NCBI RefSeq assembly: GCF_009914755.1
Contig: NC_060931.1
DNA from: the human T2T-CHM13v2.0 reference genome, Homo sapiens
Reading direction: 5' to 3' (one strand)
DNA length: 64,000 nucleotides
Numbering within the stretch: position 1 is the stretch's first letter; the number at the start of each line of letters is the position of its first letter. The position numbers and the translations under genes are program-made. The notes under the pieces are model-generated. The model did not search any database. It was not told the origin of the DNA and worked only from the letters and a program-made list of their open reading frames with translations. Below are positions 40,365 to 52,940 of the stretch, in pieces.

Positions 40365-41448
40365 ACCAGTAGAGTTTCACTAATATAGAAGAAACTGTAT
40401 GAATGGTGTAAAGTCAAAATGTTTGGAAAATATTTAGAAAATTTTTTGGAGAGAGGGAATTCTAGTAGCAGTGACAAGCACCTTATCTTGGCTTTTCTAT
40501 TCTGCCCTATTTTTATTCGTTTCTCTTTATCCACACCATGGGAAATGTACTTTTACAATGTACATAACCTAGTAATTATTTGTTTTTAATAAATCATTAA
40601 AGCCTCTGTTATAAGGAACAGCAAACATTGCCCCTCTACTCCAAGATGGCTCCAAAAGCAATATGAAGTGATGACATGATGTAATATGCTTAAATTATAT
40701 TCTTAATATGAACTATATTAGCATAGTTCACATTAAATTTAATTTGTGACCTTTCATCTAAACCACGCTGTTTGATGAGAATCTCTGATATGTCTTTCCA
40801 GCCCTCTCAAATGCTCACTCTTCTGAATGGGGCTTCCATAGACTAAATTTGTCACCTGCTCCCTGTTTTATTAACCCAATCATGAACACATTAAATATTA
40901 AGTCCCTTGAGCAAAGGCCTCATGTAGCCAATTCTCAGGGCTTCAATGAAGCAAGAGCCTTGATTGTGGGTTTGTTTGCTGTCTTATAAGGGTCATAGAC
41001 AGAATATGAGCAGGAAGACAATGAAGTCAGCTAGACAGAAGAAAGGGAGAGAGAAAGAAAAAGGAAAAAGAATCTGGGAGTGAGTTCTATGGGTACACAA
41101 TGGCAAAGATCAAAGCCTGCTTCCTCCCTCTCTTCCCATATCTCTAGGATCACACTGTCCTGAAAACTGGTCTTTTGGGAACTGGGAAGTGAAGGCAGAA
41201 AGAAGAAGGAAAAGCTCTTGCTAAGTCATATGTCAAAGCTCTGGAGGAGAAGCTGATTTGAGTCAAGATTAAACTCAACTCTAAGGACATCTGTGGCTTC
41301 CTAGTGCAAGCTGACTTAAATTTGCAGAGATTCAGGAAGACAACCTTGTTACAACCACTCGGGAAATTCAGAGGCAAATGAAGCTACAATAATGCTTTTA
41401 AGCACATGTAATAATTTCACATTCATAAAATTATACTGCAGCATTTCC

Positions 41449-41754
<306 letters not shown>

Positions 41755-42544
41755 GCGTTTCCAAATTTTTTAAATGCAATGAATATAAAATCATCATGGC
41801 AGAATTTAGAAACGTACTCTTTCACCTGTCAAATCAAGGTATGATAATATTCATCCTATATTTCCCTCCATTTTCATTTAACAGTAAAAGTGATATTTCA
41901 CCAACTCATGACATGATAAAATCAGAGAATTTTAGATATCCAACATTGTTTCCTCAAAGAACTCTCTCCAGTGAATTTAACAGAGATAGTTAACTAATGC
42001 AATAATTGATTCAAGATTTTAGGAAAACATGGACATGTCAAAAGAGGGGGGAAAAAGTCATGGAATGTGGAGACTGATAAGCAGTTATAGAGACATTTTC
42101 CAATAGCTTTGTCTAAAACTTAGAGACATTCCTTTTCAGATAGCATATCTAATTGTACAAATACCATCACTCAAAATTACTGCTCTCAAAGTCTATACAA
42201 ACTCAGAACAAGAAGAAAGATGATACATTTAAGAGCCAATAAAAATATTTTAAAGTAGTTTATATGAAAAAACCTTAGAAAACACTGGTATAATGGAAAA
42301 CGATTAGAAGCATGTCCAAGGTGGCAGCTAGAAGGATCATGATATTCATTTTTGGAACTCCAAGAGCTTGACACCAAGTTCATAGGACACACTTTATACT
42401 TAGGGCTGCCAGCTCCTAGAGCCAGCTAATTTCATTTCTAGCACCTTGAAGAGAAAAAGAATAGATAAGCTTTCATCTTTGATTTTTTAAGACATTTAAA
42501 GGTCAAAAGCAAAATCTAACAGGAAAAGAACAGCTTGAGTTCAT

Positions 42545-43310
42545 CAATTTAGGGAAATGCAAATCAAAACTACAATGAGACTCCACCTCATACCCATTAG
42601 AATGGCTTCTATCAAAAAAACCCCAGAAACTAACAAATGTTGGTGAGGATATGGAGAAATTGGAACCCTTATGCACTGTCGGTAGGAATGTAAAATGGTA
42701 TAAAGTTCTCTAAAAATAGTATAATGGTTCCTCAAAAAATTAAAAATGGAATTGCCATATGATCCAGCAATTCTATTCTGGGTATATACCAACAATAATT
42801 GAAAATCGGGTCTCAAAGAAATACTGGCACACCCATGTTCATGGCAGCATTTTTCACAATGGCTCAAATGGAGATGCAACCCAAGTGTCCATCAACAGAT
42901 GGCTGGATAAGCAAAATATGGTACATAACACACACCAAATAATAATCAGGCTTAAAAAGGAAGGAAATTCTGACATATGCTACAACATGGATGAACCTTG
43001 AGAACATTCTGCTAACTGAAATAAGCCAGGCACAAAAAGACAAATACTGTATAATTCCACTCACATGTGGTAATCAGAGTAGTCAAAAACACAGAAAATA
43101 CAATGGAGGTTGCCAGGGGCTGGGGCTAGGGAGAATAGGGAGTTATTTTTAATGGGTACAAAGTTTCAGTTTTGCATGATGAAAAGAGTTACGAAGATGA
43201 ATGGGACTGATGTTTGCACAACACTATGAATGTACTTAATACCTCTGAAATGTATACTTAAGAGGTTCAGATGGTAAATTTTACGTGTATTTTACCACAG
43301 TAAAAAATTA
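42545..43310 (+). mobile_element. L1MB-type 3' end (ORF2 C-terminal relic and 3' UTR)
   Basis: AGGGAAATGCAAATCAAAACTACAATGAGA, GATCCAGCAATTC, AATGGGTACAAAGTTTCAGTTTTGC, TATTTTACCACA. Confidence 0.88.
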
Positions 43311-44052
43311 GAAAAAGAGATGTATTTGAGATAACTTATAATCCCTCATGTCCTACTGTTTTACTTTTATATTCCTTTTTTTCCCACATGAATATTTGCA
43401 AATATAAAAGGGAAATGATGGTGTTAAAAACTACTCCCCCTCTTCTCTCCATCTATGGAGATCTTTCCCATAAAGCGATGAGGACCACAGATGTGTAAAT
43501 CAGCATTTCCAGTAATTACCACATTGGATGAATTCATGGTTACAGCCCCACACACAGAAGTGACTATTGCCCCCCACTGCAAATAGCCTCATCCTGTCCC
43601 GGCTGCCCTGCCCCACACCCTTGAGGATTGCAAAGGTGGGTCACACGACCAGGTAGTCACAGAATTAAACCACACAGACATTCACTGCCAGCAAGAGAAT
43701 GACAGCCACATTAAGAAGACTGTCCTAGAGTGTGAGGCTTTGGTTCACAAGGTAGCTCAAGACAGATGCCCAGGAGCAAGATACAAACCAGGCCTTCCTT
43801 CACCGACCTTGGGCCTGCTACACATGTCTTTCTGTCACCCGCTTTCTAACACTCCATCCTTACATTTAATATGGAACAAGAGTCGGCACACACAGCAAAT
43901 GCTTCATAAGCTCTCTATGGCCACATTATAAAAAAAAACTCTTAAACACACCCAATTTTTCCTTTAAAAAGAATTATAAACGTAACTGATTCATAGCAGC
44001 ACTTGCCAAATTCTATTTTGTGGAAAAATATTCTGGGAAGATATTAACAATG

Positions 44053-44053
<1 letters not shown>

Positions 44054-44096
<43 letters not shown>
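44054..44096. repeat. (CA)21 microsatellite
   Basis: Perfect CA run. Confidence 0.97.
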
Positions 44097-44098
<2 letters not shown>

Positions 44099-44189
44099 TG
44101 TACATGGTTTTAAAAATGTCAACAGGTTCCTTTGCTGGAGGAATTCCCAGTGTCTTTGTTATAGGAATCTTCACTGGGAATAAAGTGAT

Positions 44190-44420
44190 AATAGCAGTGG
44201 TAATGGAAATGTTTTATTGACTGCTTAAACTGAAGTCAGACAAGCATTATCTCACTTTTTTTATAAACATTATTTAATTCTCAAAACAGACCTGTGCAGT
44301 AGGTACAATTATGTGGTACACAGATGAGAAACTGAGGCTTACAGAGATGACGATAACCCAGCTAGTAAGTGGCAGAGCAGAAAAGGAAATCCAGATCTGA
44401 CTCCAAAGTATGTTTTTTCA
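44190..44420 (-). mobile_element. MIR
   Basis: CAGATGAGAAACTGAGGCTTACAGAG...AGCTAGTAAGTGGCAGAGC...TCTGACTCCAAAG. Confidence 0.8.
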
Positions 44421-44935
44421 TTCATTCCTTCATTTATTCATTTGGTGAGCTAGTTAATACTTACCATGTGTAGGACACTCCTAAGATATAGGATGTCCTA
44501 ATAATAATACTGATAATTATGACCACCACTTTTCCTCCCACCAACCTCAATATTTTTAAAAATTTTAGACCTAAACAGCTTCAAGAAAAGCACAGCGATT
44601 TTCACTTTGTGTAAAGCAAAGTAGGTTTAAAAACAGGAGAATATAAGTCATGGAGTGGGAAAAAGTACTCCGAACATTAATAAGACAATTCTAAGGGACG
44701 GTTCATTCTCCAGTAAAAATAAAGCTAATTTCTTAAATCTTATATTCCAAAGTGAAGGCAGCTGTCAATGTTTTTATATTTAACTAGTGACTTATATAGC
44801 ATCTCTTGATGAACATATTGTAGTGACCATCAAGATGTGCTAATATATCTTTATCTCTGCTGTATCTCCAGTACCAAAAACAGTGATGAGTGATAGCCAA
44901 GGGCCGACTTAAAACAATCCTGTCTGCATCAATAG

Positions 44936-45288
<353 letters not shown>

Positions 45289-45629
45289 ACTTTCATTACT
45301 TTTACATCATGTGAATACTCAGTTGTGGCTGTGTATCTACACACAGTTGCCTCCCAAAAAGAGAGAGAAGTTATAAGCAGAAAATTCAGGTAGAGTCCTC
45401 CTGAAAGATACAAAGCACACAGAATCTCCCAGTTTAAAATAAACCACACTAGGTGAAGGCATCTCCAATATCTTGCTTTCTCTTTGACCAAACTGCAAAA
45501 GACCATCCTGAAGATTAAAGCTACTGTTCAAGAGACAGAAGCACAGGGAATCAAAAATGCCATGTCGGTACTTGCTATACACCAGTCTGTAATTCGTGGC
45601 CTTCTATCATCCTTCCACCACATATAATA

Positions 45630-45974
45630 CAGATGCTCCTCATTTTATGATGGGGTTCAGTCCTGATAAACCCATTGTAAACTGAAAATACTGTAAGCCC
45701 AAATGCATTTAATACACTTAACCTACTGAACATCATAGCTTAGCCTACCTTAAATGTGCTCAGAACACTTACAGTAAGCCCACAATTGGGCAAAATCATC
45801 TACCACAAAACCTGTTTTATAATAGAGTGTGGAATATGTCATGTAAGAGTATTGTACCACATATCACTAACCCAGGAAAAGATCAAAATTCCAAAATCTA
45901 AGTACAGTTTCTACTGAATGCATATTCGCTTTTGTAGCATCATAAAGTCGAAAAATTGTTAAGTCGGGACTCTG
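45630..45974 (+). mobile_element. MER47 (Tigger5-derived MITE)
   Basis: TA|CAGATGCTCCTC...AAGTCGGGACTCTG|TA; ACCTTAAATGTGCTCAGAACACTTACA. Confidence 0.88.
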
Positions 45975-46187
45975 TACAATCATAAGAAAAAAGGAATTTA
46001 CTGATGGGACTCAAGATTTTTTCATGCTCATCTTCCAATTTAGGGTCTTTGTATCTTATTTGTACCCCTCAAAGATGTAAAAGACAATGAATATAGAGCC
46101 TACTTATGTTTTACAGTGTTGTCAGGGTAGGATCGGGACATGTAAAATGTGAGCACATCTTGAAAAGGTGGGTTGCAGAGGACATCT

Positions 46188-46698
46188 GTCATATGACATT
46201 TTTGGGTACCCCAAGTCCTTTTCTTTCTATTTCTTTTTTAAAGGGAAGGGGCTATCTTTGAGACCTCTCCATATTGTGTGTTTTTCCTTCCCAAGTCTCC
46301 CTTACAGCTAGAGTACAGCCTGGTGAGACTAGGTTCCATCCATCAGACGTGAGTTTTGATTTGGAAATTAACTATGTAAGGAACCAAGCCAGGTTCAAGG
46401 CACCCATTTAGCTGGCACAGGTGCTGGCAGAGGTATGGGGTTTTGGAGTGAGACATGGCAGCAGCTTTGTGGATCACAGCAGAAGCAATGTGGTTCTAGG
46501 GTTGGCGGCAGCAGCAGCTCTCTTGTCAGACTAATCCTGTGGGGGTGGTTCTAGGAAATGTTCATGGAAATTTAGCCCAGAGCATGTTTCTGCATCCTTT
46601 CAAAGAGTCTATAAACCAACCAATATCCCATAGTAAATCCCACTTAAGCCACCTAGGATGGGTTCTACTGTCTGCATCAAAGGACCTTGGCAGACACA
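46188..46698 (+). mobile_element. ERVL-class solo LTR (LTR33/LTR50-like)
   Basis: TG...CA ends; CTCCCTTACAGCTAG, CCATCAGA, TTTTGATTTGGAA motifs; diverged. Confidence 0.55.
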
Positions 46699-46971
46699 GG
46701 ACTCTCTGGAAAGGAAAGTTTCTGAAACAGCTAAAGTTCCCAGCCAGGGGAGCAAAAAATTTATAAGCCAGCTCCATATCACTTACAATTCCTCCATCTG
46801 TATTAGAGTTTGCAGGGACACTAAGTCTCTGTTTTGTTTAGGGTTATTTCAATCCAAGAAAGTAATACAGATTTCCCTCTTGGTCTCAGTAGCAAGTGGG
46901 AAACAGGGATTTGCCTTGTTAGACTAGATCCTAGGACAAATGGGGGATTTTGCCAACTACAAGACAGCAGC

Positions 46972-47377
46972 TATTATGGGCTGAACTGTGCCCCCCCTTC
47001 AAGACTCAGAAGTTGAAATCCTAACCTCAATACCTCAGAATGTGACTATATTTGGAGATGGGGCCTTTAAACAGGTGATTAAGTTAAAATGAGGGCATTA
47101 AGGTGGGCCATGATGCAACCTGACTGGTGTTCTTGTAAGAGGAAATTTGGACACACAAACAGACATCAGGGGCATATGTACACAGAGGGAGAACCATGTC
47201 AGACACAGAGAGAAGACAGCCATTGGTAAGCGCATCAGAGAGGCCTCTGGAGAAACCAAACCTGCTGGCACTTTGATCTTGGACTTCTAGCTTCTAGAAC
47301 TGTAAAAAATAAGTTTCTGTTGTTTCAGCCTCCCAGTCTTCGGTATTTTGTTATGGTAGCCTGAGCAGACTAATACA
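46972..47377 (+). mobile_element. MLT1B solo LTR (MaLR)
   Basis: TATGGGCTGAACTGTG...GACTAATACA; perfect 5-bp TSD GCAGC. Confidence 0.9.
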
Positions 47378-47869
47378 GCAGCATACAGGACATTCACTGG
47401 ACATGCAATCAGCGAAGCAGGTTCTAGCCTGCATTCTGCCAGTTACCAGCTGGGGTTGTTGAGTAACTAATTAAAACAACTTCGAACATCTCTGTGCATT
47501 CTCCCCTCTCTAACCACATTCCAGACTCACTGCTACCTCAATCCCTGACACAAGCCAAGCTTTTCTCACACCAGCATGGCTTGGAGTGCCATTTCTCAGC
47601 TGGAAGCCTCTTTTCCACACTTCCTTCAACTGGCTCTTTCTCAGCCTCCTAGTCCTGAGACTGCTTCCCTCTCTGGGAAGCTCTCCCTGACCACCGTAGC
47701 GAAAGTTATTCTCCCTCAGTGCCTTGCCTTCAAACCACTTACCACAATTTTAATTATTATTTTTATTTACTTGTTATTCCATTATCTTACCTGGTAGAAC
47801 TTCAACTGCATGAGGGAAGGTACCATGTCTACGTTTTAAAAATCAGTGAACTGGCTCTCCAATTCCAGC

Positions 47870-48025
47870 CTACTAGATGGTGCTCAGCTGAGTACAGGAA
47901 TTCCTGAGGGCACTTATTATTCTCAGGTTCCAGCCGTAAGATTCTGGTTCAATTGGCCTAGGATGGTAGCAGTTTAACAAGTCCCCCAGATATTCTCATG
48001 CACAGCTAGATTTGGAGCCATAAGG
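47870..48025. mobile_element. MER5-like hAT relic
   Basis: AGATTCTGGTTCAATTGGCCTAGGATGG...TTTAACAAGTCCCCCAGATATTCTCATGCACAGC. Confidence 0.55.
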
Positions 48026-48354
48026 GTAGATGACTTCCAAGTTCCACTTCAACACTAGTTCATTTCCATGACACTTTTGTGTCATGACAGTTTCTTTTCC
48101 TCAAGTTACAAGTTATGCAATAAGACAAACACTGTTGATGGAATTATTAAGGAGGAGTTACAGACATCAATCACCATTTGATGTAATGCCAGACATCCAA
48201 AATGGAGCTTCTGTCCAAGGATCAAAAAACATAAGGGAGGGCCATGGCATTACCACATGATATCACATCAAGTGTCCAGAGTGGAGCTTCTGTCCAAGGA
48301 CACAACCAACATACACTGACTCATACCCAAATGCCCAAAAATGTTAACTCTGGT

Positions 48355-48976
48355 CGTGATGGCTAATTTTAGGTATCAACTTGACTGGATTAAGGGACAC
48401 CCAGATAGCTGGTAAGCCATTATTTGGGGGCATGTCTGTGAGGGTGTTTCAGGAAGAGAACAGCATTTGAATCAGTGGGCTGCACCCTCACCCACTGTGG
48501 GTGGGCACTATCCAACTGGCTAAGGGTCCAAACAGAACAAAAGGCAGAAGAAAGACTATTTTGCTCACTCTCTCTTTTGGAGCAGGGACACTCTTCTTTT
48601 ACTGTCCTTGGACATAAGTCCAGGTTCTCAGGCCTTCAGCCTGAGCCTTCCTGGTTCTGAGGCCTTTAGACTTGGACTAAGCCACTCTACTGGCTTACCT
48701 GGTTTTCCAGCTTGCAGATGGCCTATCATGGGACAACTCAGTCTTCATTATTGCATAAGCCAATTGCCCTAATAAATCCCCTCTCATATAGCATGCTTTC
48801 TCTCTCTCCCTCTCTCTCTCTCTCTATATATATACACACACACATATATATACATACACACATATATACGTATATATACACGTGTGTATATGTATATATA
48901 CACATATACATATATACACGTGTATACATATATACGTGTATATATACACACATATACATATATACACATATTATAC

Positions 48977-49041
<65 letters not shown>

Positions 49042-49080
49042 CTATTGGCTCTGTGTCTCTGGAGAACCCAAATTAACATA
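48355..49080 (+). mobile_element. MLT2B solo LTR (ERVL) containing an expanded microsatellite
   Basis: GTGATGGCTAATTTTAGGTATCAACTTGACTGG start; CCTATTGGCTCTGTGTCTCTGGAGAACCC end; TSD CTGGT/TTGGT. Confidence 0.88.
48797..49038. repeat. Compound (CT)n-(TA/CA/TG)n-(AT)28 microsatellite
   Basis: Alternating purine-pyrimidine tract; pure AT run at 48983-49038. Confidence 0.95.
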
Positions 49081-49157
49081 TTGGTCACCTGCAAGTGGCG
49101 AGTTCAAAGATGACTTCATGTCTCTTCTTTTTATCTCATTTAAAACTGTTATACAAT

Positions 49158-49470
49158 GGGCTGGGCACAGTGGCTCATGCCTGTAATCCCAGCACTTTGG
49201 GAAGCTGAAGCAGGAGGACTGCTTGAGCCCAGGAGTTTGGGACCAGCCTGGGCAATATGGCAAAACCCCGTCTCCACACACACACACACACAAAAAAACC
49301 AAACCAAACCAAACAAAACCCAAAACCCACTGGGCATAGTGATAGGCACCTGTGGTCTCAGCTACTCAGAAGGCTATAGTGAGAGGATTGCTTCACCCAG
49401 GGAGGTGGAGGTTGCAGTGAGCCAAGATCGTGCCACTGCACTCCAGACAGAGCAAGACTCTGTCTCAAAA
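49158..49470 (+). mobile_element. AluJ SINE with (CA)n/(AAACC)n in the middle linker
   Basis: Dimer with GGACTGCTTGAGCCCAGGAG; linker replaced by simple repeats. Confidence 0.88.
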
Positions 49471-50654
49471 AACACCCAAAAAAGTTACACAATAAACATT
49501 ATTATATTTATAATCAGAAAAAAAAAACACCTTTACTTAAAAAAAAAAAAAAAAGATGGTTCCTACTCCTAGATTTGAACTGGCTACTGCCATGATACCA
49601 GACAAACCAACCCATCAACATCCTGACATCGAGGTCCTGGTCAGAAAGGCCATTAAGACAGTGCTTCTTTCTGGATGGCTGGCCAGGGCAATTAAAAGCA
49701 ATCTGAGATAGGGAAGAGAGAGGAGGATAGGTATGATTCAGCCAGGGTGGTGAACTCTAAGAAGGTACGACTTCAGCTAAGTTTTAAAGGAGTAAAAAAT
49801 ATACTAGAGAGAAGATGAAGTATTTTACATTCTCATTGGGTGATAACTGGAGGGCTAAAAAAGAAAAAAAAGGATAATGTAAATGTCACAGTAAAGTACT
49901 GGGGCTGCTGCCTGCTTGGAAGCAGCATTACTTGTAGAAAATGGGCAGAGATGAGTTTCCTGCCAACTCTTCTAGAACTTACGGCTTTGACTTCTTTCCA
50001 GTCAGTACCTGTGGGGAACAGGAAAGCTCCCCAGGGCAGGAGAGATGTACAAAACACACCTTCAAAGGCTACCACTTGAAATCCCCAGGAAACGTTTCAA
50101 TGCTTACCACATTACTGCCATGGAAAACTACAGCAGACATCTATCAGCACAAACCCTGGCTGTTTGTTGCCACTGGCAGTTTAATTATTAGCATTTTTGG
50201 TGAAAGATATTGAATAACTTAGACTGCAGGGCGACTACGTCCAATCCCAGACCATTAATCACTACACTTAAGAATGTTCATCTCAAAGCAGGTATGTAAT
50301 TATATACAGAGCCAAGAAAATTATGCATGTCTCACACAACAAGGGAAAAGAAAAATGAATTGAAGAAATATATAATAAGCACCAGATCTCTTTGTTCACA
50401 CATAATCTGCTGTTCTTGTTTGTTTACTTGCTACTGGGGAGTTTGCAAAGAAGACTGCACTATTGTACTCATAATCTAGTATAACAGCAGTATGACTTTG
50501 GTCCAGGAAAAATCCTTCTGGGTCAGTTTCTTCAACTGTAAAGTGGTGAGAGTACCTGCATCCCTTGTTGGTTCCTTGAAAAGATAAAACAATGTTAGAG
50601 CACCCTGTAATGATCTTGACAGTTATATTTACCCAGATTGCTTTGGGTCAGATA

Positions 50655-50900
50655 GGGAGGTAGCATAGTACTATGATTAAGAGCACACTGGCTTTGGGTG
50701 TGAATTCCAGCTCCATCCCTTCTACGTATGTGAATGTGGACAAGTTATTTACCCTCTCTAAACCTCAGTTTCCTCATCTGTAAGACAGAGGTAACAATAT
50801 CTACCTCATAAACTTATGGTGAGAATTAGACAAAAGAACCCACATTGAGTGCTTAGCACAGTTCCTGACACATTGCAAATGCATATAAATTATTATAATT
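50655..50900 (+). mobile_element. MIR, near full length
   Basis: GATTAAGAGCAC...AAACCTCAGTTTCCTCATCTGTAAG...GTGCTTAGCACAGTTCCTGACACAT. Confidence 0.85.
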
Positions 50901-51689
50901 ATGACTCTGCCTTAGGCAATGAGAAGCCTATAAGGCAACCTAAAGAGCAAAATATCTTCTCTGATATTCCCATCGGCTGCAGCGAGACTCATCTTTCTAG
51001 AGACAGACATGGTGTCTCATTCATCCTGCATCCCCAAGCACCTCTTGTAGGCTCTGTAGTTAGTGGGTATTCACACTCTGATTGAAATAATGTCCCAAGG
51101 TACTTCTTGAGGATTCAGAGAGCCCTGAGATGTAGGATCTCTATCTCTTCTGATTGTCCCCAAGTGCCTCACCAGAGAATAACTTTTTTAATGAGTTAAC
51201 ATGAAAATAACCAGCTGAAACATTTAAAAACAACAAAAAAGAGAAATATTAATGAATGATATCATTAGGAAGAATTTCCAACTTCTATCTCTAATTCTTC
51301 ACTCCTGTATAAAATGTGCCTCCCTCAAAGAAGTAAATGTGCTTGACATTTAAAATGCACTCTTGCATATCTTGAATAACAGACTGGCTATTCTGAGTGC
51401 CCAAATGATTATCTGTTGCCTGACATTAGTACTGCCAGACAGTGATGGCTTGTACACCAAGCCGTCTACGTAACACCAAGTTTGTACACCGAGCAAACTT
51501 TTGTCATTGGGTGGATAACAGCTCAGTACTTTTCTCCTGAGAAGATTGAGTTATTGTTGGCACTGCAGGCTAAATGTTTTTATAACACGCATGCCTTTGC
51601 TCATCTTCTCATTCAGGCACTCACTCAACCAACTATTAATGAAAGACATAATTCTTGCCTTTAAGGGGCTCTCAGCCTAATGAGGTAAG

Positions 51690-51900
51690 TAGCATCATGT
51701 CATTGTTACTAGATAGGACTCTACATTAAGAATAACTTACTTGAATCTCAATTCTACCTCTTATTGGAAGACTTAGAGAAAACTGGCTAAAACTGTCGTT
51801 CTCAGTTTCCTTACCTCTAAGACAAAGACAATGGTACCCACCTGTCTCACAGGGTCGTTCTGAGGACTTAATGAAATAACACATATACAGTACAAAGAGC
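51690..51900 (+). mobile_element. MIR
   Basis: CTCAGTTTCCTTACCTCTAA...TCACAGGGTCGTTCTGAGGACTTAATGAAATAAC. Confidence 0.7.
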
Positions 51901-52159
51901 CTCACACAAGAGCTTTCTCTTTAAAACTTGGCTTCCTTGTTCTTGTTGCTGTTACAATTAGTGGTGGTGGTGGATATACGGTGACAAGAGCATGGACTGG
52001 TATCAGAGCAAAGATCAAGAGTACCCAACTCAGCGGTAGAAAATAGAAAATGTCTCTCCATTGAAACAGATCCACTGCATTAAAAAAGAAATAAGAAAAA
52101 TAAAGGAAAATAGAAAATGCCTCCTAAAACAGAAAGTACCAAGCTAGAAATTGTCAAAC

Positions 52160-52940
52160 AGGCAAGGAAGAGGGAAGAGCAAAGGATGGAAACAAAAGGG
52201 CACGTGCAGCCATGGGAAGAGAGTTACACAGTACACAAACTGAGTCATAGTGGAACATTAGGGTGGAAAGAAAAGCTGGTCAGTTTTTGACAGGAGTTCC
52301 GATCTTAGCCAGAAAACAATGGTGATCCATTGAAGGATTTGGAGCAGTCAAGGATGAGAATCACAACTCAACAAGTTCATTTTAATGGCAGTGTGGAAGA
52401 TGGATTAGATGAGGTGAAAGAACAATAGGGCTAGGTAGAAAGCAGCTATAGTAGCAGGCAGGAAATCTTCAGGCCAAATGAATATAATGACAACAGAGTT
52501 AAATAGGAGATGACTAATTAAAAGACTATTTAGGATGTGGACTTAGAAGTAGATGGGAACCCTTTAGATACAGGGGTGGGAGGAAGAAGGAAGGGATATT
52601 ATGATTTCAGCACTTCGGGCTTAAGCAAGCACATGAATGATAATGCCATTCACTGAGAGTAACTATGGGAATTGATATATTAGGTTAGTGCAAAAGTAAC
52701 TGTGGTTTTTGCCATTAAAAAAAAATGCCAAAAATCACACTTACTTTTGCACCAATTACTTCTGCACCAACCTAATATTTCTCAGGGAAATAGGATTTAA
52801 GTTTTATTCAGGCTGAATTTTAGAACCTGTGGAATAACAAGCTGACAGTATTTAAGGAGTAGTTGAATATTTAGGTTCCTGAAGCCCAGGAAAAAGGCCT
52901 GCCCAGAGACGGAGATTTGAAAACTGTATTTGAAGCCATG
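52160..52940 (-). mobile_element. L2 fragment
   Basis: CCATTGAAGGATTT, GGCAGTGTGGAAGATGGATTAGA, TGCCATTCACTGAG, TATTTGAAGCCATGGG. Confidence 0.65.
52680..52775. mobile_element. MADE1 (Hsmar1-derived MITE) with 15-bp internal tandem duplication
   Basis: TA|TTAGGTTAGTGCAAAAGTAA...TGCACCAACCTAA|TA; 96 bp versus ~80 bp consensus. Confidence 0.93.

Noticed and set aside
42544-43064. ORFs with L1 ORF2 C-terminal-like or antisense peptides
   Set aside because: Decayed L1MB fragment with frameshifts; not an intact gene.
48712-49186. Tyr/Ile-rich ORFs
   Set aside because: Translation of the (TA)n/(CA)n microsatellite.
49538-49600. tRNA-like B-box (GTTCAAATC) followed by oligo-T on - strand
   Set aside because: No A-box or cloverleaf can be built; chance match or SINE remnant.
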